This document shows positions 21,301 through 36,062 of a stretch of DNA of 64,000 bases, piece after piece (within the stretch, counting starts at the first letter, position 1; the number at the start of each line of letters is the position of its first letter). This DNA is from Fimicolochytrium jonesii. Its lineage: Eukaryota. The stretch lies in NCBI RefSeq assembly GCF_025526975.1, contig NW_026515669.1, positions 1,488,001-1,552,000 on the forward strand, read 5' to 3'. The notes beneath the pieces were generated by a model. It worked only from the letters and a program-made list of their open reading frames with translations. It was not told where the DNA came from and did no database searches. Position numbers and translations under genes: made by a program.

Positions 21301-23506
21301 TTGAGCACTTTGCGAGTACGTACGGGACGTATGTTACAAATATGTTCGTAGCGATTACTAGTATCCCTCACTTCAGTCTCGTATTGTAGGAGGAAACGCG
21401 TGCGCGCAGGATATGCCTCTCGCAATCAATCCTAGTTCGGCAAATGTGGAGCGCTGGGAAGGCGGCCAGCAACAAAACTTTTCAGACTGCAAGAACGAGC
21501 TTGGCTGCCCAAGTCGATCGTCACACCCAAGTGGTGCTTCCGGTTTTATTTACCCAGGCCAACTCTTATCCAACCATCGTCACCGTTGTCCGCAACACTG
21601 AGGCAAGCTGGGGATCGGCGCGAGAGGTATTGGGGTTAAACCCGTACGAACTTGCCCGTCTCACGAAGACCAGCCTCGAACGCATTCTTCAATATGACTA
21701 CACGCGTTTCGTCGACACAGCAACGATTGACCAGGATATAGAGATCCGATTCTGGTTCGATAATACCCTCGATGTATGAGCACGTCGTGTTCACCTTCTC
21801 CTTCTACTTCGACGTGAGGACTCACAACAGCCCATTTATAGATGTGCGATGCCTTTCACATGTTTACTGGCGATATGTACAAGGATTACAAAGCTCGCTC
21901 TTCCCAACAGACTATGATAATCGTTGGGTTGTTGGTGGTTGTGGTTGTGGTTCTCGTGGTTGCGGCCGTCCTTTTTTGGATGTCACTACACCACACCAAG
22001 GTTGAAGGCAGAAAATGGTTGAAAGTACTAAAGGGGATTCCGCGTTCTCATTTGCGCCATCTTACAATGGACCTTGAGGAAGAGATCGAAGAGCTTTTCG
22101 AACTCGAGGGCTTGGAAGATCGGGCGCAGACGGCGGCCACAAGGCATATGGAAACTCGTTTGTCCCATTGGCTGCTTCAAAGATACGCATCCGGATATGT
22201 AGTCTCAATCTTTGGATTGGCCGCATTGGCTGTGTGTCTGTTCGCTCCGCCATTGCTGTCGAGCTCGCAGATGGATGAGGTTCGTGATATGTGCGCCTCC
22301 TGTCTTATGACATGACTGACGAGCGCTTTGTCGCAGACGGCAACCTTGATTCTCGCTAGTAACCCGCGAAGATTTTACGGACAAGTAAGATTTTTGTGTA
22401 GCATTTCCATCAGCCCCGCAAAGCAATAACTGAATACATTTCTGCAGTCCATCAATTACCTAAGCCAGGTACCTCACTCTCTACTCCTGATCCAGTCTTC
22501 AGATGTTGACGCTTTGACGTAATGCCCCAATAGGAACTTGCAGCAAGCGACGCCAACACGTGGACGCCTTGGAAGTGAGAGCATTCGTCCCAATGCAGTC
22601 TTCTCGCGTTCTTTACTTGACTGCATTTGATTCACGTAGGGCACAAATCGAAGTTGAGAAACGGATTCAAACGTTGCGGGTATGTGTCCAGATTTTGCAG
22701 TCCTTCACATGCGCCGGCGGGGCATAGGTTGACAAGTCGGGTGCCGTACGGTCTAGACGTTGCACGAGATATGCATCAAAGGAGATGAGAATACCCCGTC
22801 GATATACGTTTTTCCTCAGCTCGACCCATATCTTCGGTGAGCAGACGAGTTCTCAGTGACAAGCGAGTCGCAGGGTATGGGATGACGGATGAATCTCTGA
22901 CGCCCTTACGATTCAGCACGGGCGGCATCTGTTTGAGATCGACTGGTTGTGATAATCGGCCGTATAATGCTAGTTACGGTTTTACCAGGGATCTTGTAAT
23001 GTCCGGAGCGACTTACCTCATCGATGTGCTGCTCATGGGGGTAGGAACTCGGGGGTGCGGAACTTGAATCTTGGACGGTGTAGTGACGGTAACCGCTTGT
23101 ACACATTCTACCACAGGCGCGAAAGTACTTGGACACCAAAGACTTCACGGCGACCAATCCGGAACTGCGATTGGTCATGGCCATCGAGCCGGACATTGCG
23201 GACGGATTGGAAACCGTTGACGGACTTCTGCTCTCCATTGCTCGGGACGCTGCCGCCAAGTATCAAGCCATCGGACATGTGTTGTTCGCATTGACGTCGA
23301 TATATTACGTCTGCTTCTGCGGCTACTTCCTGCTCCTCGTCATGAGGAACATCCAGGAGCAGATCAAGATGATGGTGCATGTTATTTTCTGGGTGCCACC
23401 CGAGATTGTCAGTGATGCTCCCAGGCTGCAGAACTTCATCGCAGCAGGAGGCATGGTTCACGTACCGGTCGAAAAACTTAAGGAAACCCCGGAGAAGAAG
23501 GCCTGA
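18343..23506 (+). CDS. TmcB/TmcC-like multi-pass membrane protein with TPR segments, many exons
   Basis: N-terminal TM helices; TPR-like AYKKLIERFPSSKQILRLYAKYLLTVENNAELSAQLLSQAEDIE; PPFDVRFRIF; further C-terminal TM segments; numerous GT-AG introns. Confidence 0.65.
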
Positions 23507-24199
23507 GATTGAGCGAAAGTCATTCGGAGAATTCGACGACAATCAGATAACATAGGAGACTCATACATATCATCCATTATACACATTGTATCGCCTTAAA
23601 AGTTAGTTCCTTACGGATCCCGTTTAGTTCGTTCCTTGCGGATTCGAAGTTGGCGGTACTGTCAAAACTCGCCGGTACCGTAGTGTAAAGATGCCGTTAC
23701 CCAACAACGTGAAGCGAAATGCTGCCTCCGAAAGCCGAAAAACCCAATATCAACCCTGAGTTGGCTCATGATACCCTCGATCTTTGGGGACTCAACAACC
23801 CCCCTCAACCCGTCAACATCCAAACTCTTCCACCTCCCGCTCTCCATCCCATCCCTTATCCACTGAGCTGGATTGCACCCTTGTCCGGATTAGTCCTAGA
23901 GACAGCATCCATCCATTAGTCAGACTTTAACACTCTCGATATCCCATGCCTTATCTTTCGTTTATACTCTCTCGATGTCTCAACACTTGGTTACTCGCGC
24001 CTCTTCGGTTGTCAGACGGTTCCCTTTGTGTAAAGTAACTTGCCCATTTGTACGGTAAATTTATGCGCCCTTCACGCAACCATTGGACCAGTAGCGATGC
24101 TCGTTAGCCCAAGGGCGTACATCCCAGTCATAGTCACAGGCAATCTTTGCACAGAGCGTACATATCACGGGGCCGACACCAGGCAGAACGTTCTGTGAA

Positions 24200-24960
24200 G
24201 ATCTACAAGGAGTGCAAAGGAAGGATGAGAGAGCAGGAAGTAAAAATATGGACATACCTTACGAACCAGCTTCTCACGTAGATGAGGATATCCAGAAGGG
24301 CCCTGCTGTCATCGCCGGCGGTATGGAAGACGTATGCGTTCAAGGGAAGGAGTTCCCCGACAACATGCCCGAGACTACGCAACGGGAACGCCATTGCTTC
24401 CGGATTTTCAAGATTGGTGACTTCCTCAAGTGGTCTGCCTTCTCTGGGAGGCCAGAGAAGTGCTGCTAATGGCAGCAGTTGCAAAAGTTCCACTGGTGGT
24501 CTGGGCACATCCTCTTCCGAAGGGTCTCGTCGCAGAAGTTCTTCGACCATGAGAAGAGAGTGATGTGGGTGTTGTCCAGGGTGTTGTCGGCAGTCGCACC
24601 CAAGTGGTTCAGGAAGACTTCCTCTGCTTCCCGAGCATTCCTTGGGTTCTGGTAGATATAGAGGTGGGAGACAGGTTCTTGGGGCGCGAGGCTGCCACCC
24701 ATCCAACCTCATAAATCAGGGTGCTAGAGAGGGGTCCTTTTCCAAACTCGAAGTCGAAGGCAACCTCCAAGCTCTCCAAGCTGCCAGGCCCAGAACCGCG
24801 CAGAATTGCTGGCCATATAGTACCAGCCAACCGTTGGTGGGCGATGCCAGAGTGTGTTTCCAGGAATGATGCCATTCACATTGGAGAGTCTGGTAGGCGT
24901 TTTTCCATTGCACTCCTTGTTCGGCTCACTGTGGCTCCATTCCTAACGTGGGTGTACACA
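24200..24960 (-). mobile_element. Degenerate 3' remnant of a non-LTR (L1/Tx1-like) retrotransposon ORF2
   Basis: Stop- and frameshift-broken frames with EPVSHLY...LFSWS...WN...KQWRSRC, resembling the zf-RVT/C-terminal region. Confidence 0.35.
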
Positions 24961-26093
24961 GACTTACCTTGCAGCCCGGCCAGACTCTCCAATGTGTAAG
25001 GTAGGGCATTGCGGACGGATTGGAAACCGTTGACGGACTTCTGCTCTACATTGCTCGGGACGCCTACCCGGCGCCGCCGGAGAGTGCCGCCGGAGCGCCA
25101 TCGGCGCGACTGCGGGCGAGTATGATACGAGACCTTGGCACGGGTAGGAAGGAATGGTTAGTTTCTCCCAATCGCTGACACGTGGATCTCCAGCGCTCTG
25201 CATGCATATATAGCGGCGAACCGACGGGAAGGAACTTCGGGGTCTTTCGAGATGCCCTGTTCTGTGGATTCCGCCGGAGATATCAGCTCGACAACACCAA
25301 CGTCAAGCTGAGCGAGAAAATGCTTTGTGAGACCTATTCATATCTGTCACGGCCTTTTCCTGCTCTTTTTCTGCTCCTAGCCATGGCCTTCTCTCAAGTG
25401 CGTTCTTCTCCCTGACTCGTACCGGCCATGATTGACCACCCCGAAGATGACTTTTTTTGATGCTGTCGTGAAGCGGAATGGCAAGATAAAAGAGTCTCGA
25501 AGGCATACAAACAATAGTAGTAAGTAGCGGAAGATTCCTTTTCCTCCTTTGTTCTTTTCACTCAGGGTCTTCGCTTGTCGATGATATCTTCTACAACTCA
25601 TTCAGGTTGGCCACGTACTTCGATAGGTTCAGGAGGTTGTTCAACAGTACGTTGTGCAAAATGAAGACTTTACAGTCTTGATTCAGATGAGCGGTGGGTC
25701 CGGGTTGATATGTCTTCGCTCCGGTGTGCATGCATCGTGTGCTGGCTTTTCATTCCATTCACACCTTGAAGCTACCGTATAAGATGGATCTGAGCTACGG
25801 TTCACAAACGTCAGTAAAAACTTGTGGACGCCGTTGGGCGGCGAACGCGGCCTAATCTGCGTCCTTATGGGTCGACCCTACTTGAAATTGGATGAAGGTA
25901 CGATAGTTGCCATACGATAGTTGCCATAATGTGATTTATGTAGTGGTCGAAGCAGAGAAGCAGCGGGTGCGTAATCCCCAAGTGAAAAAGCTATAAACAC
26001 AGTTTGGAATGTCCTAAAATAAATCCTTCAAACTCATCCCAGCCCAGCTCATCCCTAACATCGTCGCGGGGAACTTCAGATGTTCTTGTCGCA

Positions 26094-29000
26094 TCAGCTA
26101 TCCTCGTGTGGCAAATGGAATTGCAAACTCTGCATCCCGAGTGCCGGGGACATTGATATTCGACGCTCCCGATCCCTTTTTCCTCCAACTTTTGCGTTCC
26201 TGCCAGTGAGGAAGTAGGTCTCCATCTCCCCTTTGCCTTTCACGTAGACTGTTCCACGGGGAGTGAACATAAAGCGTGTCTTTATGCGATCGTAGACGGC
26301 TTGCGTTACTTGAATGCTCTCGTCTACTCCTGTGGATTCCATCCGAGATGCCACATTTACAGTGTCGCCCCATACGTCGAAAGTGAACTAAGGAAAAGGA
26401 GCAAGTCATTAGAAACTATTTTCAGATTTGAATGATGGGATGTTCCTTACTGTTTTCGTGCCGATCAACCCACACACTGCAGGTCCGACTAGCGTAGATT
26501 CAGATACAAATCAGCAGACTGCTTTCAAAATACCAAGCGTCATGTAACGACCATACCGTGTATCCCGGTTCGTAAACCAAAACTTTGTCCAGATCGAGCA
26601 TTGAACGCCCGTACCACATCCTATAGCATTAAAAAAATTTCCATGATGCGAGCACTCTTCGGCGCATAGCTGTGATGAATAACAACGTACCAGAAGATCT
26701 AATGCAAAGTCACACAAGCGTTCCAAATGATACTCCGGCACTTCCGCTATCGGCTCTGCCATTGCCATGTACTTGGTTCCTGTTCAGAGAGGATCAATTT
26801 CCGCAGGGAGTCGGGCCTTGTTCACAAATTCTCAAAACCTTGCCTATAGTTTTGATCTTTTCAACACTCCGCGTCCGCGCCAGCGCATCTATATCGCAGA
26901 TAATGTCGTTGAGTGTCCAAATGTTCTCGATTTCCGTCGCGTCCGCCTGTGACACAACTGCGAGTTTCGAAACGTTTAGCGACATTTTGCGACATCAGTA
27001 CCAAGAAAGTACTTCGACGTCACTACCCACCGTTGGAAATGAAGCAGAAGAGAATGGACACTTCCTCCTTGTCATCAGCGATACGGAGAGCTGGGTTGTC
27101 TTTGAGTCTTTGCACAACGTTTAGCGGCAGGATATTGAGAAGCATTCGCTCCGCCGCTGCCTGTGTCGACTTGGTTTCCGCATAGTCCCGTTCAGTCTGC
27201 AGCTTCACGTAGAAATTCATCCGACTGATAATATCAAAGGTTCTGTTGGCGCGAATCGCGACGGCGACGATTAAGCCCACTCCCGTTATAAGGTAGGTCT
27301 GGCTCTCTCGTGACGCAATGACAATGATATAAATGGCGGAGGCAATCAAGATGAATATGTTCAAGTAGAACATTCTTATCCCAGGATGCACAATGCACGT
27401 CACGAGTGTGAGCATCATGGCTCCGTTATGATAGACGATAACGCTAGGGTCCCATGATCCGAAGTGGATAGCGATGGTGATTAGCAGCAGAAACGCGAGA
27501 AGAATTGCTGATGTATTCGGCCGAAGCCAACCCCACTTGTCGGCAACTCTTGGGGCTTTGCCTGGCATTCGGGGAGATGCATCGCTTATCGATTGACGAT
27601 CCGGTCTTTGCTGATCCAATATTCCCGCAACGTGCTCGCGACCATACTCTGGATTGGGGCGCCTCCCAATCTCTTCGGCTGAACTCATCCAAAGCGCGCT
27701 GCCTAGTCGGTCGCCCTTGTCCATTATAACGATAGTTTGTTGCCGAAGAGGTAAGTTGATTTGATGCAACACGATGATGATGGAAAGCATCACAAGACCG
27801 ACAGCGCCTTCGATCGCAAATGTTGTGTGGCTCGATATAGATCGGAACACGGCGATGTGCATTCCCAGCAGGCAGAGGTAAAGGATGAAAACGACACAAG
27901 AGGATACGATGGTAGCACCTGGCCAATTTCGGACATGGCTGTCACGGTAGCTTTCTTCCATAGTTGGGTCACGAAACGTGCCTACCACAATTCCTGTCAG
28001 TTACCTTCATCCACACCAAGCCCCACTGTCCTATTCAGCGAGGAAGGGACGAGTAATGCTTACTTTGCCAAAACCTGATACTCCGCGCAAAGTTTTTCAT
28101 CATTCCTCCGATGTTGTTTTTATTCCTCGTATGAGGAGAATGCCGCATTCCAGGCGCGCCTATCTCCGTAAACATAAGAGCTCCGGATGCTCCTATGGCT
28201 TGACGCACGGCAGCGGCCGTCACTGCCTCTCCACTGCCATCCCTTTTGCTTCTCCCTAGTGGGTCCAAACTTTCCCGCACTCTGAGCCGGGAGGCCAGCT
28301 GTTCCAGATTCTCGTCATTGCTCTCGAGGACAAGCATGTCATACGTCGGAATCTCCTTCCCGAAAGCCGTGATGGTTTGTGCAGGACTGAAAGAGAACGT
28401 CGAGTGATTATGAAGGAGGGCGTATGTAGCGTAAGAAAGATGCGGTATTCCTGGTTTGCCGCTTTGTTCGATATATGAGGCAATGTCTACGTCCTTTGAC
28501 CAGATGTCTATCATCGGGACAAGAAAGATTTGCAAGATGTGAGATAACCATCTGGCTGATCTGCATAGAACGGCAGGTGCCGGGAATCATACCATATTTG
28601 AATTTCCACAGACCCATAACTCCCCCGATAACAGTTCCAGTATGTATCCCAATTCTCAATTTCAAAGTCCGTCCCACATGGGCGCTAATCCGTTTTGTTG
28701 TTGTGAGCATGATGAGCGCTACTGCACAAATCTTTTCGGCTTGATTTGCAATGTCTGCCTCGCTCGTCAACTGTTCTGGCACACCGCCAGCAACTTGTAT
28801 GCAGTCACCAATGGTTTTTATCTGCAGAAATCCTAGTGTTAGGCAAATATAAGGTCCAATCGGATGTGAGTAGGTACTAACCGTTTCCAGTCCAAACTCG
28901 CTGACAACAGCATCGAACTCCGAGAATAATTCACTGAGAACCTCGACCTAAGAGCGGCAGAATGAACACCAAGCCCTCGGCAAAAACCCAACAAGAGCAA

Positions 29001-32000
29001 GCTCACCAGCGTGTCTGCAGTGATACTCGAAGAGAATTCGGTGAACCTTCGGAAAAGACAGGGGATGTTCATATTTTCGCAAGGCAGATAATGTACATAA
29101 TTGCGGCGGATCCCATACATACCCGACCAAATCCGCAAACATGATAGTGACTCCATGTAATTCAAGGAAAGTTTCATGCGTGCTGAGAATCAGTCTGTCG
29201 GAAACTCTCCCTTGGAGATTATGCAGAGTCTCGATGACTTTAGCGGGTAAGATCATCGACAGAAGGTATTCGCTTTGCTCCCGTGCGGCAAACAGGCGCT
29301 CCTGATTCCGATAGGCGACCCGATACTTGATGAAGGCTTTCCGAAGATGTACCTCGCCAGCGTACCGGAAATATAGGCATACAATGGCGGTTCCAACATA
29401 GAGTAGGGCGCTTCCGATAATTCTTTCTGACGGTCCATCATCGTTGGAATGAGAGCCGACTTCAATTCCGACCTGACCCGCAGTGATGACGAAAAGAATC
29501 GCAGCAAGCTGATAAAACGGGATTGGACCGAACACGCTGACACAAGTCTGCACGAAGATGATACGGCTGACTGTGAACAGCTGGATGAATGTGAGGCCCT
29601 GTAGAGAAGGAAGGCTCGATCAGCTTCAATCAAGAAGGTTTGCGCTGAAGAGAAACACACCTCATCTTCCGGGCCATCTTCTGGAGAGAGGAACAAGGTT
29701 TGTGCGGAGACATTCAGGGCATTCAGCGCTTGCAGGATGCTGATGCTCCACATAAATCTGTACCACCAAGTCTCCCAGCTCATTCGCATGGTCCACATGA
29801 AACCGAAAAGGCATACTCCGGCGGTGATCATGCTTCCGATGTGGATAGTTGGCAGTGTGGTGGTGTAGAAGCACCATTCCAAGATTGCCCAACCAACATT
29901 GAAGATGCAAAGTAGACCTAAGGCACTTTGTTCGAAAGGCTTCATCCACAAATGGAATAGCCACACACGATAAAGGGACTCGACGGGTAGTGGAAAGAGT
30001 AGTCTCCAATCAGTCAATGGGCTCTCCTATTTATTAGAGGTCAGTGGAGATCCTTTTCAAGAAACAGGCAAAATCAAAGGAGTCAAACGCACGTGTAAAG
30101 GCTGAAAGAAGGCCTCGAGGATACCACGGGGCGGTTTCTTGACCATCTCGGGATGGGAATTAGCTTCCGATAGACCTTGGAAGGCGGGATGTGGCGACCC
30201 AGAGCCTTTCCGTGAGCCCCCTTGAAACCGAGCAAAAACCCTAGATGTCTTTCTTTCCGAGTTTGCCGCCGGCATATACTTTTCCGGGACCATCCCGCCG
30301 GTTTCGAAGTTCAGCGACGATGCGCTCAGATCCGGAGGTTCGACCCGGACTGGTGGCATCACAGGAGCGGTCGGGTTTCTGCTCAGAGAATGGTGAATCA
30401 CGGGTAAGGAACCGGTATCCCAGGACTCGGGCGCCTTTTGCGTCTCAGTTCTACGAGCAGTATCGCATTCTGCCACATCCTTGTCAGCCCCATGCACTTG
30501 AGACGGGACAAGCATAACCTCTTGAGTCGTACAGTCGGTCTGATCGTTGGAAGCTGACAGGTCCCGTTTTGAAGTTAAGGGCCGCGGGCTTAAGGGCTCC
30601 CCTTTCCCTTCCAACCTCTTCGTACCCTCCGAAACCACCCGTCTTCGAAAGGTCTTCAAGGCCTCAGAGGATGGAATGCTTGTTAGCCGGTCGTTCGAGC
30701 TCTTTGTTTGCTGCTCCGATGAGCGTCCATTCCGACTGTCGCATGCCGCATCCGCACGTCTGCGATTGCTCCCCTTTGAAAGCGTTGGTGGCCCTGGGTC
30801 TACTTTTATCCCCACCATCTCCGGTTTGTCAAAGGGGACTGGAGGCGTGGAAGGGATGCTTCCGAACTCGGTGATCGGTCCAGGCCCAATGCTACCATGC
30901 GGAGATTGAGCGCCGCGGTTCGACGCAGCGGAGGTAGAAAAGTAGTCTTCAATCCGGTCATTCAACGGTCTGCTGTATTGAATGACAGACCCCGACGGTG
31001 TCAAGGCAGTAGGAAAGCGCCGCGACTGTCCATGAAATGGCACGTTCCGCTGTGTGCGGGCAAATAATCCTTGCATAGTGGAGTGCAAATAGTCGGTTGA
31101 CGCCCCCGGGTCATACTTCGGCTCCTCCGGCTCTTTCCTTCCATCCAATAACAAGCTTTTCATTTGACGAAGAGAATTTGCTTCGGCATGGATTGTGGCA
31201 GTTCCATCTTGTGCAAATGGATCCTCTGGTGCACGTTTCGCAGCTTCGGCACTTCCCATTTGATTTGAGCTGCCCATCCATCGTTTTGACCGCTGTGCCT
31301 CTTTCTGCAATTGCGACGAACTCTCTCTCGAGATTTGTCGATCGCTGTGCTGACCGAATGTCGCACTGCGTGGCCGTTTTACCTGCTTACGCGGACTCGT
31401 GCGGTTGCCAGCAGACCCATCCTCCGAAACATCTGAGAGACCCGCCTCTTCGACGCTCTCAGCAGATGTTTCTTTCTTAGTGACCCATTGACCCGTCCGT
31501 ATCAATCGTAGCCAAATCGATGAAGAAGGTGACAAGGCCACTCCTTGTCTGGTGGACGGTGGGGTTTCCCCGGCGGCTGGCATATCGATGGTCACATAGT
31601 CTACGTTGCCCATGTTCAGGGACGTGGGGACACTCGGTGTGCTGCTCGCAAGGTGCAACTACCGACAACAGAATCGAGTAAGCATCGGCGTTCTCACAAA
31701 GCAGCTGCGACCCTGACAGTACTTACCCTCGGGTCGGTTGCCATTGATACCGAAAGGCCGTCATCAGAACGTTCTTTCTTCTGCGTTGAGGATTCAATCG
31801 AGCTGGCCTTAACGGAGCCGGAGGAAGAAGCGCCAGGGCGCATCGCTCCACTTGAAAGCTGCGATGAAAACCGAGTTGAAGGCGACGGCAGCGCTTGGAA
31901 GGACGGGGTGGAATCAGAATGATCCTGAGACTGATTTATTGGTGGCACGCAGGAGGATGGCGATCTCGAGACTTCGCTGCGAATGGGCAACCCAAGCATG

Positions 32001-32245
32001 GAGGAATTCTCCCGGCGTGCCGCTTCTTTGACCTGCTGATCGTATAATGCCAATGCCTCGGGATCGATATCGATGATACTATCGTAATCGTCGCTGCCTT
32101 CCGTCAGTGGAATCTGCGATTCGTTGAGGAACTGGTTGAACGTTGGGTTACTTTCCACTTGGGACTCTGTCAGGAATTCGTTTAACGTCGGTTGAACTCT
32201 CTGGGCGCTACTGTCTGGCGATGCGGTCAATATCTCAGCCATCAT
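26094..32245 (-). CDS. Transmembrane class III adenylyl cyclase with two TM clusters and two catalytic domains
   Basis: C1: VTIMFADLVGFTEFSS, IKTIGDC, LRIGIHTG, YDIWSKDV. C2: VEKIKTIG, FDVWGDTVNVASRMESTG. Long disordered N-terminus; multi-exon; start codon approximate. Confidence 0.88.
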
Positions 32246-33421
32246 CGGCCGGACTTGCGACGATCTCGGGCTCGTGCGTATGGATGTTGAAGAATTGTTG
32301 GCCTTCCCGCCATGACTCGGACCGGCCCACATCAAGACAACGGCGCACACGATGTATCCGTGGCCAAATATTCTGATGAAAGGCAATCTACTATTCCCGA
32401 AGAAGGTGACAGGTTTATTCCAGATGGGTGTATTATTGGCTCAATGCTTGCCTCGTTCGATCGGTCTGCCAGGATCGAGTAGCGAAACTAGGCCGGGCAG
32501 TACTTCCACAATAAGGCTTCACACCCGCTCTAGACACTCTACTCTGTGCAGAACCGCTTGGATGTTCCACGCCCCGTCAGTTTGGCAGAATTTGGAAGAC
32601 TTGTAGCCTATGCTGTAAGCAAAAGCTTGTCCGATCAAACCCTCCGGGTTCGGCTGCTTCGAATGTTTGAGGCTGCCGGACAATGCGTTCATTCTGGAAG
32701 GCTGCCTGAATCATCCAGCTGCAAATGACCCGCCACTTGGGGCACATTCTCTCCACCTCTTAGTTCCCTCCATTCAAATAACGTAAACCATATCTTAACT
32801 GAATTAGAACCGGACTAATCCAAAAGGTGCTTTGGGTGGGATGAGGGGATCTCCCGTGGACCTTACATCGCAGCGTACCCGGTGAGTTACGCCTTTTTGA
32901 CAGCGGCGCGGAGTTGATTACGTGATTGCCAATTTCTGACTTCTTGCTCCTCACAGACTTCATCTGGAGGAACCGCATTCCAAAGCACACCCCGGATCGA
33001 CTAGTGTATGTGCCCAACATCAATGTCTTGAACTTCTTGTATGATCCGTAGGTTTTATACGGCTCACATAATATAAACTGTTATAATCGGAAATTCATCC
33101 TCCACGACGCCAACCGACGAAGAAGACGCTCGCAGAAGCACATCATTGTGGGCATACCTCAAACTTTATTGCTTATTTCGCAATGACAAGGCCCACACAA
33201 TGCGAAGAAGGAAAGACTTATATTCGAAAGCACAGCAAAAATGATACAGTGAGAACGGCACTCCTTCAAATCATTGAACCATCTATAAGGGAAACTCGAT
33301 GCTTCTCGCTCAAACGAGGGCAATCCCACCCTCCTCAGTAGCCGCCGGCTAAGCATAATGCTTAAAGCACATCACCGGAACACAAAAATAAGAAACACTC
33401 CTAAGCAAAACGAAATATTCA

Positions 33422-36062
33422 CTACATCCAATCCGAGCTCCTTGTGGTACTCGTCACAGGCCCTCCGGGATGCGAGTGCGGTGGGGGTGAAACCTGACCG
33501 GCAGTAACACCCGAGGGCTGGACGGGTTGCGGTTGTACTCCCAACGGCAGGGTCTGGCCTACGTTGGACTGTAATGTACCGCCTACTATTCTGTTGTTAT
33601 TGGGAGTCGCCTGCTGCTGCTGCTGTTGGCCTGCAAGCTGGAAGTCACATCGGCTTAGAACACGAGTAAGGGCGCGCAATTTACACTGAGATGTACTTAC
33701 GTAGGCACTGGCATCTTCGGGATTGACAGGTTTAGGGCCTCTCTGAGGATCTCGCACAGGTGTCTGCACCGGAGCTCCTAGCACATCGCCACCGGCGGGT
33801 GGTATCATACCCGGCACAGGTACACCCTGATACGGATACGGCATGCCGGGCGGGACCTGACCTTGATTTCCGGGGTATGGTCCTCCATAATACCCAGGCG
33901 GCGCACCGTAATGCGGGATAGGAGGTCCAGGGTAAGGCTTTTCCATACCGTGAGCATGACTAGATCCGTGCTCCCCTCCGTGGGCTGTTGGGCTTGGGCG
34001 GACAGCTGGAAAAAATCGGATGACAAGGGGAAATGGCCGATAGCGTGAGAATTCTGTGTACACACACTTTCCAAAAGCAACGACGCTTACCTGCACCAGG
34101 AACTGAGGGATGATGACCGTAGTAGGGAACGTTTGCACCAGCGGCAGGGCCAGCCGCATGCTCCCCAGGAGGTTGCGCTGAAGCTGGAGCGGCCGCCCTG
34201 GGACTAGGGTCTTCATATCCATGAGAACTTCCGACGTAAGGTCCAGTTGCAGGTCCCGGGCCGGCCCCATAGCCATGATGACGGTAATCACGGTGGTGCC
34301 ACTCCATCATCTGCCCGTCGTGCTCCCGAGAATTGTACATGTGCGGAGGCGGTGGATATACGGGACGCTGGCCAGGGTTGTACACTGACGGATACGCTCC
34401 ATCTTGATCAGGGGCACCGTGATGACCAGGAGGACCTTGAGGGTACGGGACGTTGGGATCGTAGTGCGGCAGAGGTGGATATCCGTGAGGCGGCATTGAC
34501 GACTGATAAGGATCTCCATGGCCGTGCCAAACTTTAGGTGGCATTCCCGACATGGGCCCGTAGGGATGCGGATAGGGATGGGAAGCATCGTGCGGCATAT
34601 GGTAATGGCGCGGGTCATGATGTCCCATAGGGCCCATCGGTCGGTTCGGGTCATAGCCGCGATCGTACCCAGGGTACATTTGTTGGTTGGCACCACTCTT
34701 ATCACCGGCGTCCTGGAACAAAACGAAGAGTATATGAGATTGCAGAGTTACGGATCTCCCTCTGCTTTGAATGACATCAGACTACCGTTGATGCCTTGGC
34801 TCCAGTGCGTCTCTTTTGCGCGGCATCAGAACGACCCTCGTCAGAGTATCCGGACTCAGAATCTTTGTCACTGCGGTCAGCACTTCCACGGCGGCTCTTC
34901 TTGCGGCTGCGCTTCTTGTTTGCATTATCACCGCTGTCGTACTCATCATTGGCTCCTTTTTTCCCGCGACCCCTATTGAAAGCCAAGAAAGTTAGAACCA
35001 GGAAGTGCATTATTATCGGATTCAACTCGACATTTACTTTCTCATCCTCAGCTCCTTCCTGATCCTAATCTTCAAACCTTGCTCGGCAAACGTCCTCGAC
35101 AAGAAGGTGGACTCTGCATCATGAAAGAATGTGAACCCAAGTCAGGCAGGGAGCCTATGATATGGGAGTCGCGCCCGTGACATACCTTCCATTCCAGGAA
35201 ACTTCTTCGCTGGATATACGTTGAAGACGTCAGAGCAAATGGAGGAGCAGTGATAGATCTCGGTGTTGATGATTTCGAACAGAGAGAACTAGAGTCCATT
35301 TGCCAAAGATCAGAAACATGTAATGTTCATGCAATGTTCATAGAAGCGCATACCTTCAGGCGGTACGTCCCTTCCATGCGGACTGACAAGTCGGGGAAGA
35401 CAAAAAAAGCACCGTCCTTATTGTCCAAATCCTTCAGCCGGTACAACGATGACACGATGGAACCCGTTGTCGATCGCGTTTTGCCGTCGCGGAGTAGATG
35501 AAGTTCCTCCTCGCTTTCAGGGGAAATAAGCGACGCGTACATGAAATAGTATGGATTGTAAAGGTACGAGCTGGAAGGAAAAGGGACGAAAGATCGTAAG
35601 GTCAGATGCGATTCGACGGGATTGATGAAATGCACGAATGCAGCTTACTTCTCGTCCGTAAAGGATGTATTCTGGATCTCGAGTTGCTATGATATGAAGG
35701 AGATGGTTGGAAGGGTTGGGAGGGTTGTTACAACAACAGCATGGTCAACGACTGCCCCAGCATCATGAGAACAGCCACTTACAATGATCGGCGGTGGGTC
35801 CAGAGGACGCCGGTCAACTTTCTCCCCAAACCCACACATCCGCGAATGCTTCGGCTGTTGTCTTAATTTCAGGTTGTAGTTTCTATCAGGACGAGACTTA
35901 GTTAGCAGTTGCGATCGGCAAGAACCTGCAGAGTGCAGGCATTGGATACCCAACTCACCTATTGGCACGTTGACGCGGGCTTTGGCTGAGGGTGATGAAC
36001 TGGTATGGGTTGCTATCCGCATTACTGCCAGCGGAAGCCGGCTGCGCGCTGGACGCAGACAT
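33422..36062 (-). CDS. Velvet-domain transcription regulator (VosA/VeA-like) with Pro/His-rich tail
   Basis: YNLKLRQQPKHSRMCGFGEKVDRRPLDPPPII; GSIVSSLYRLKD...GAFFVFPDLSVRMEGTYRLK; KKFPGM; FAEQGLKIRIRKE. Confidence 0.9.
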
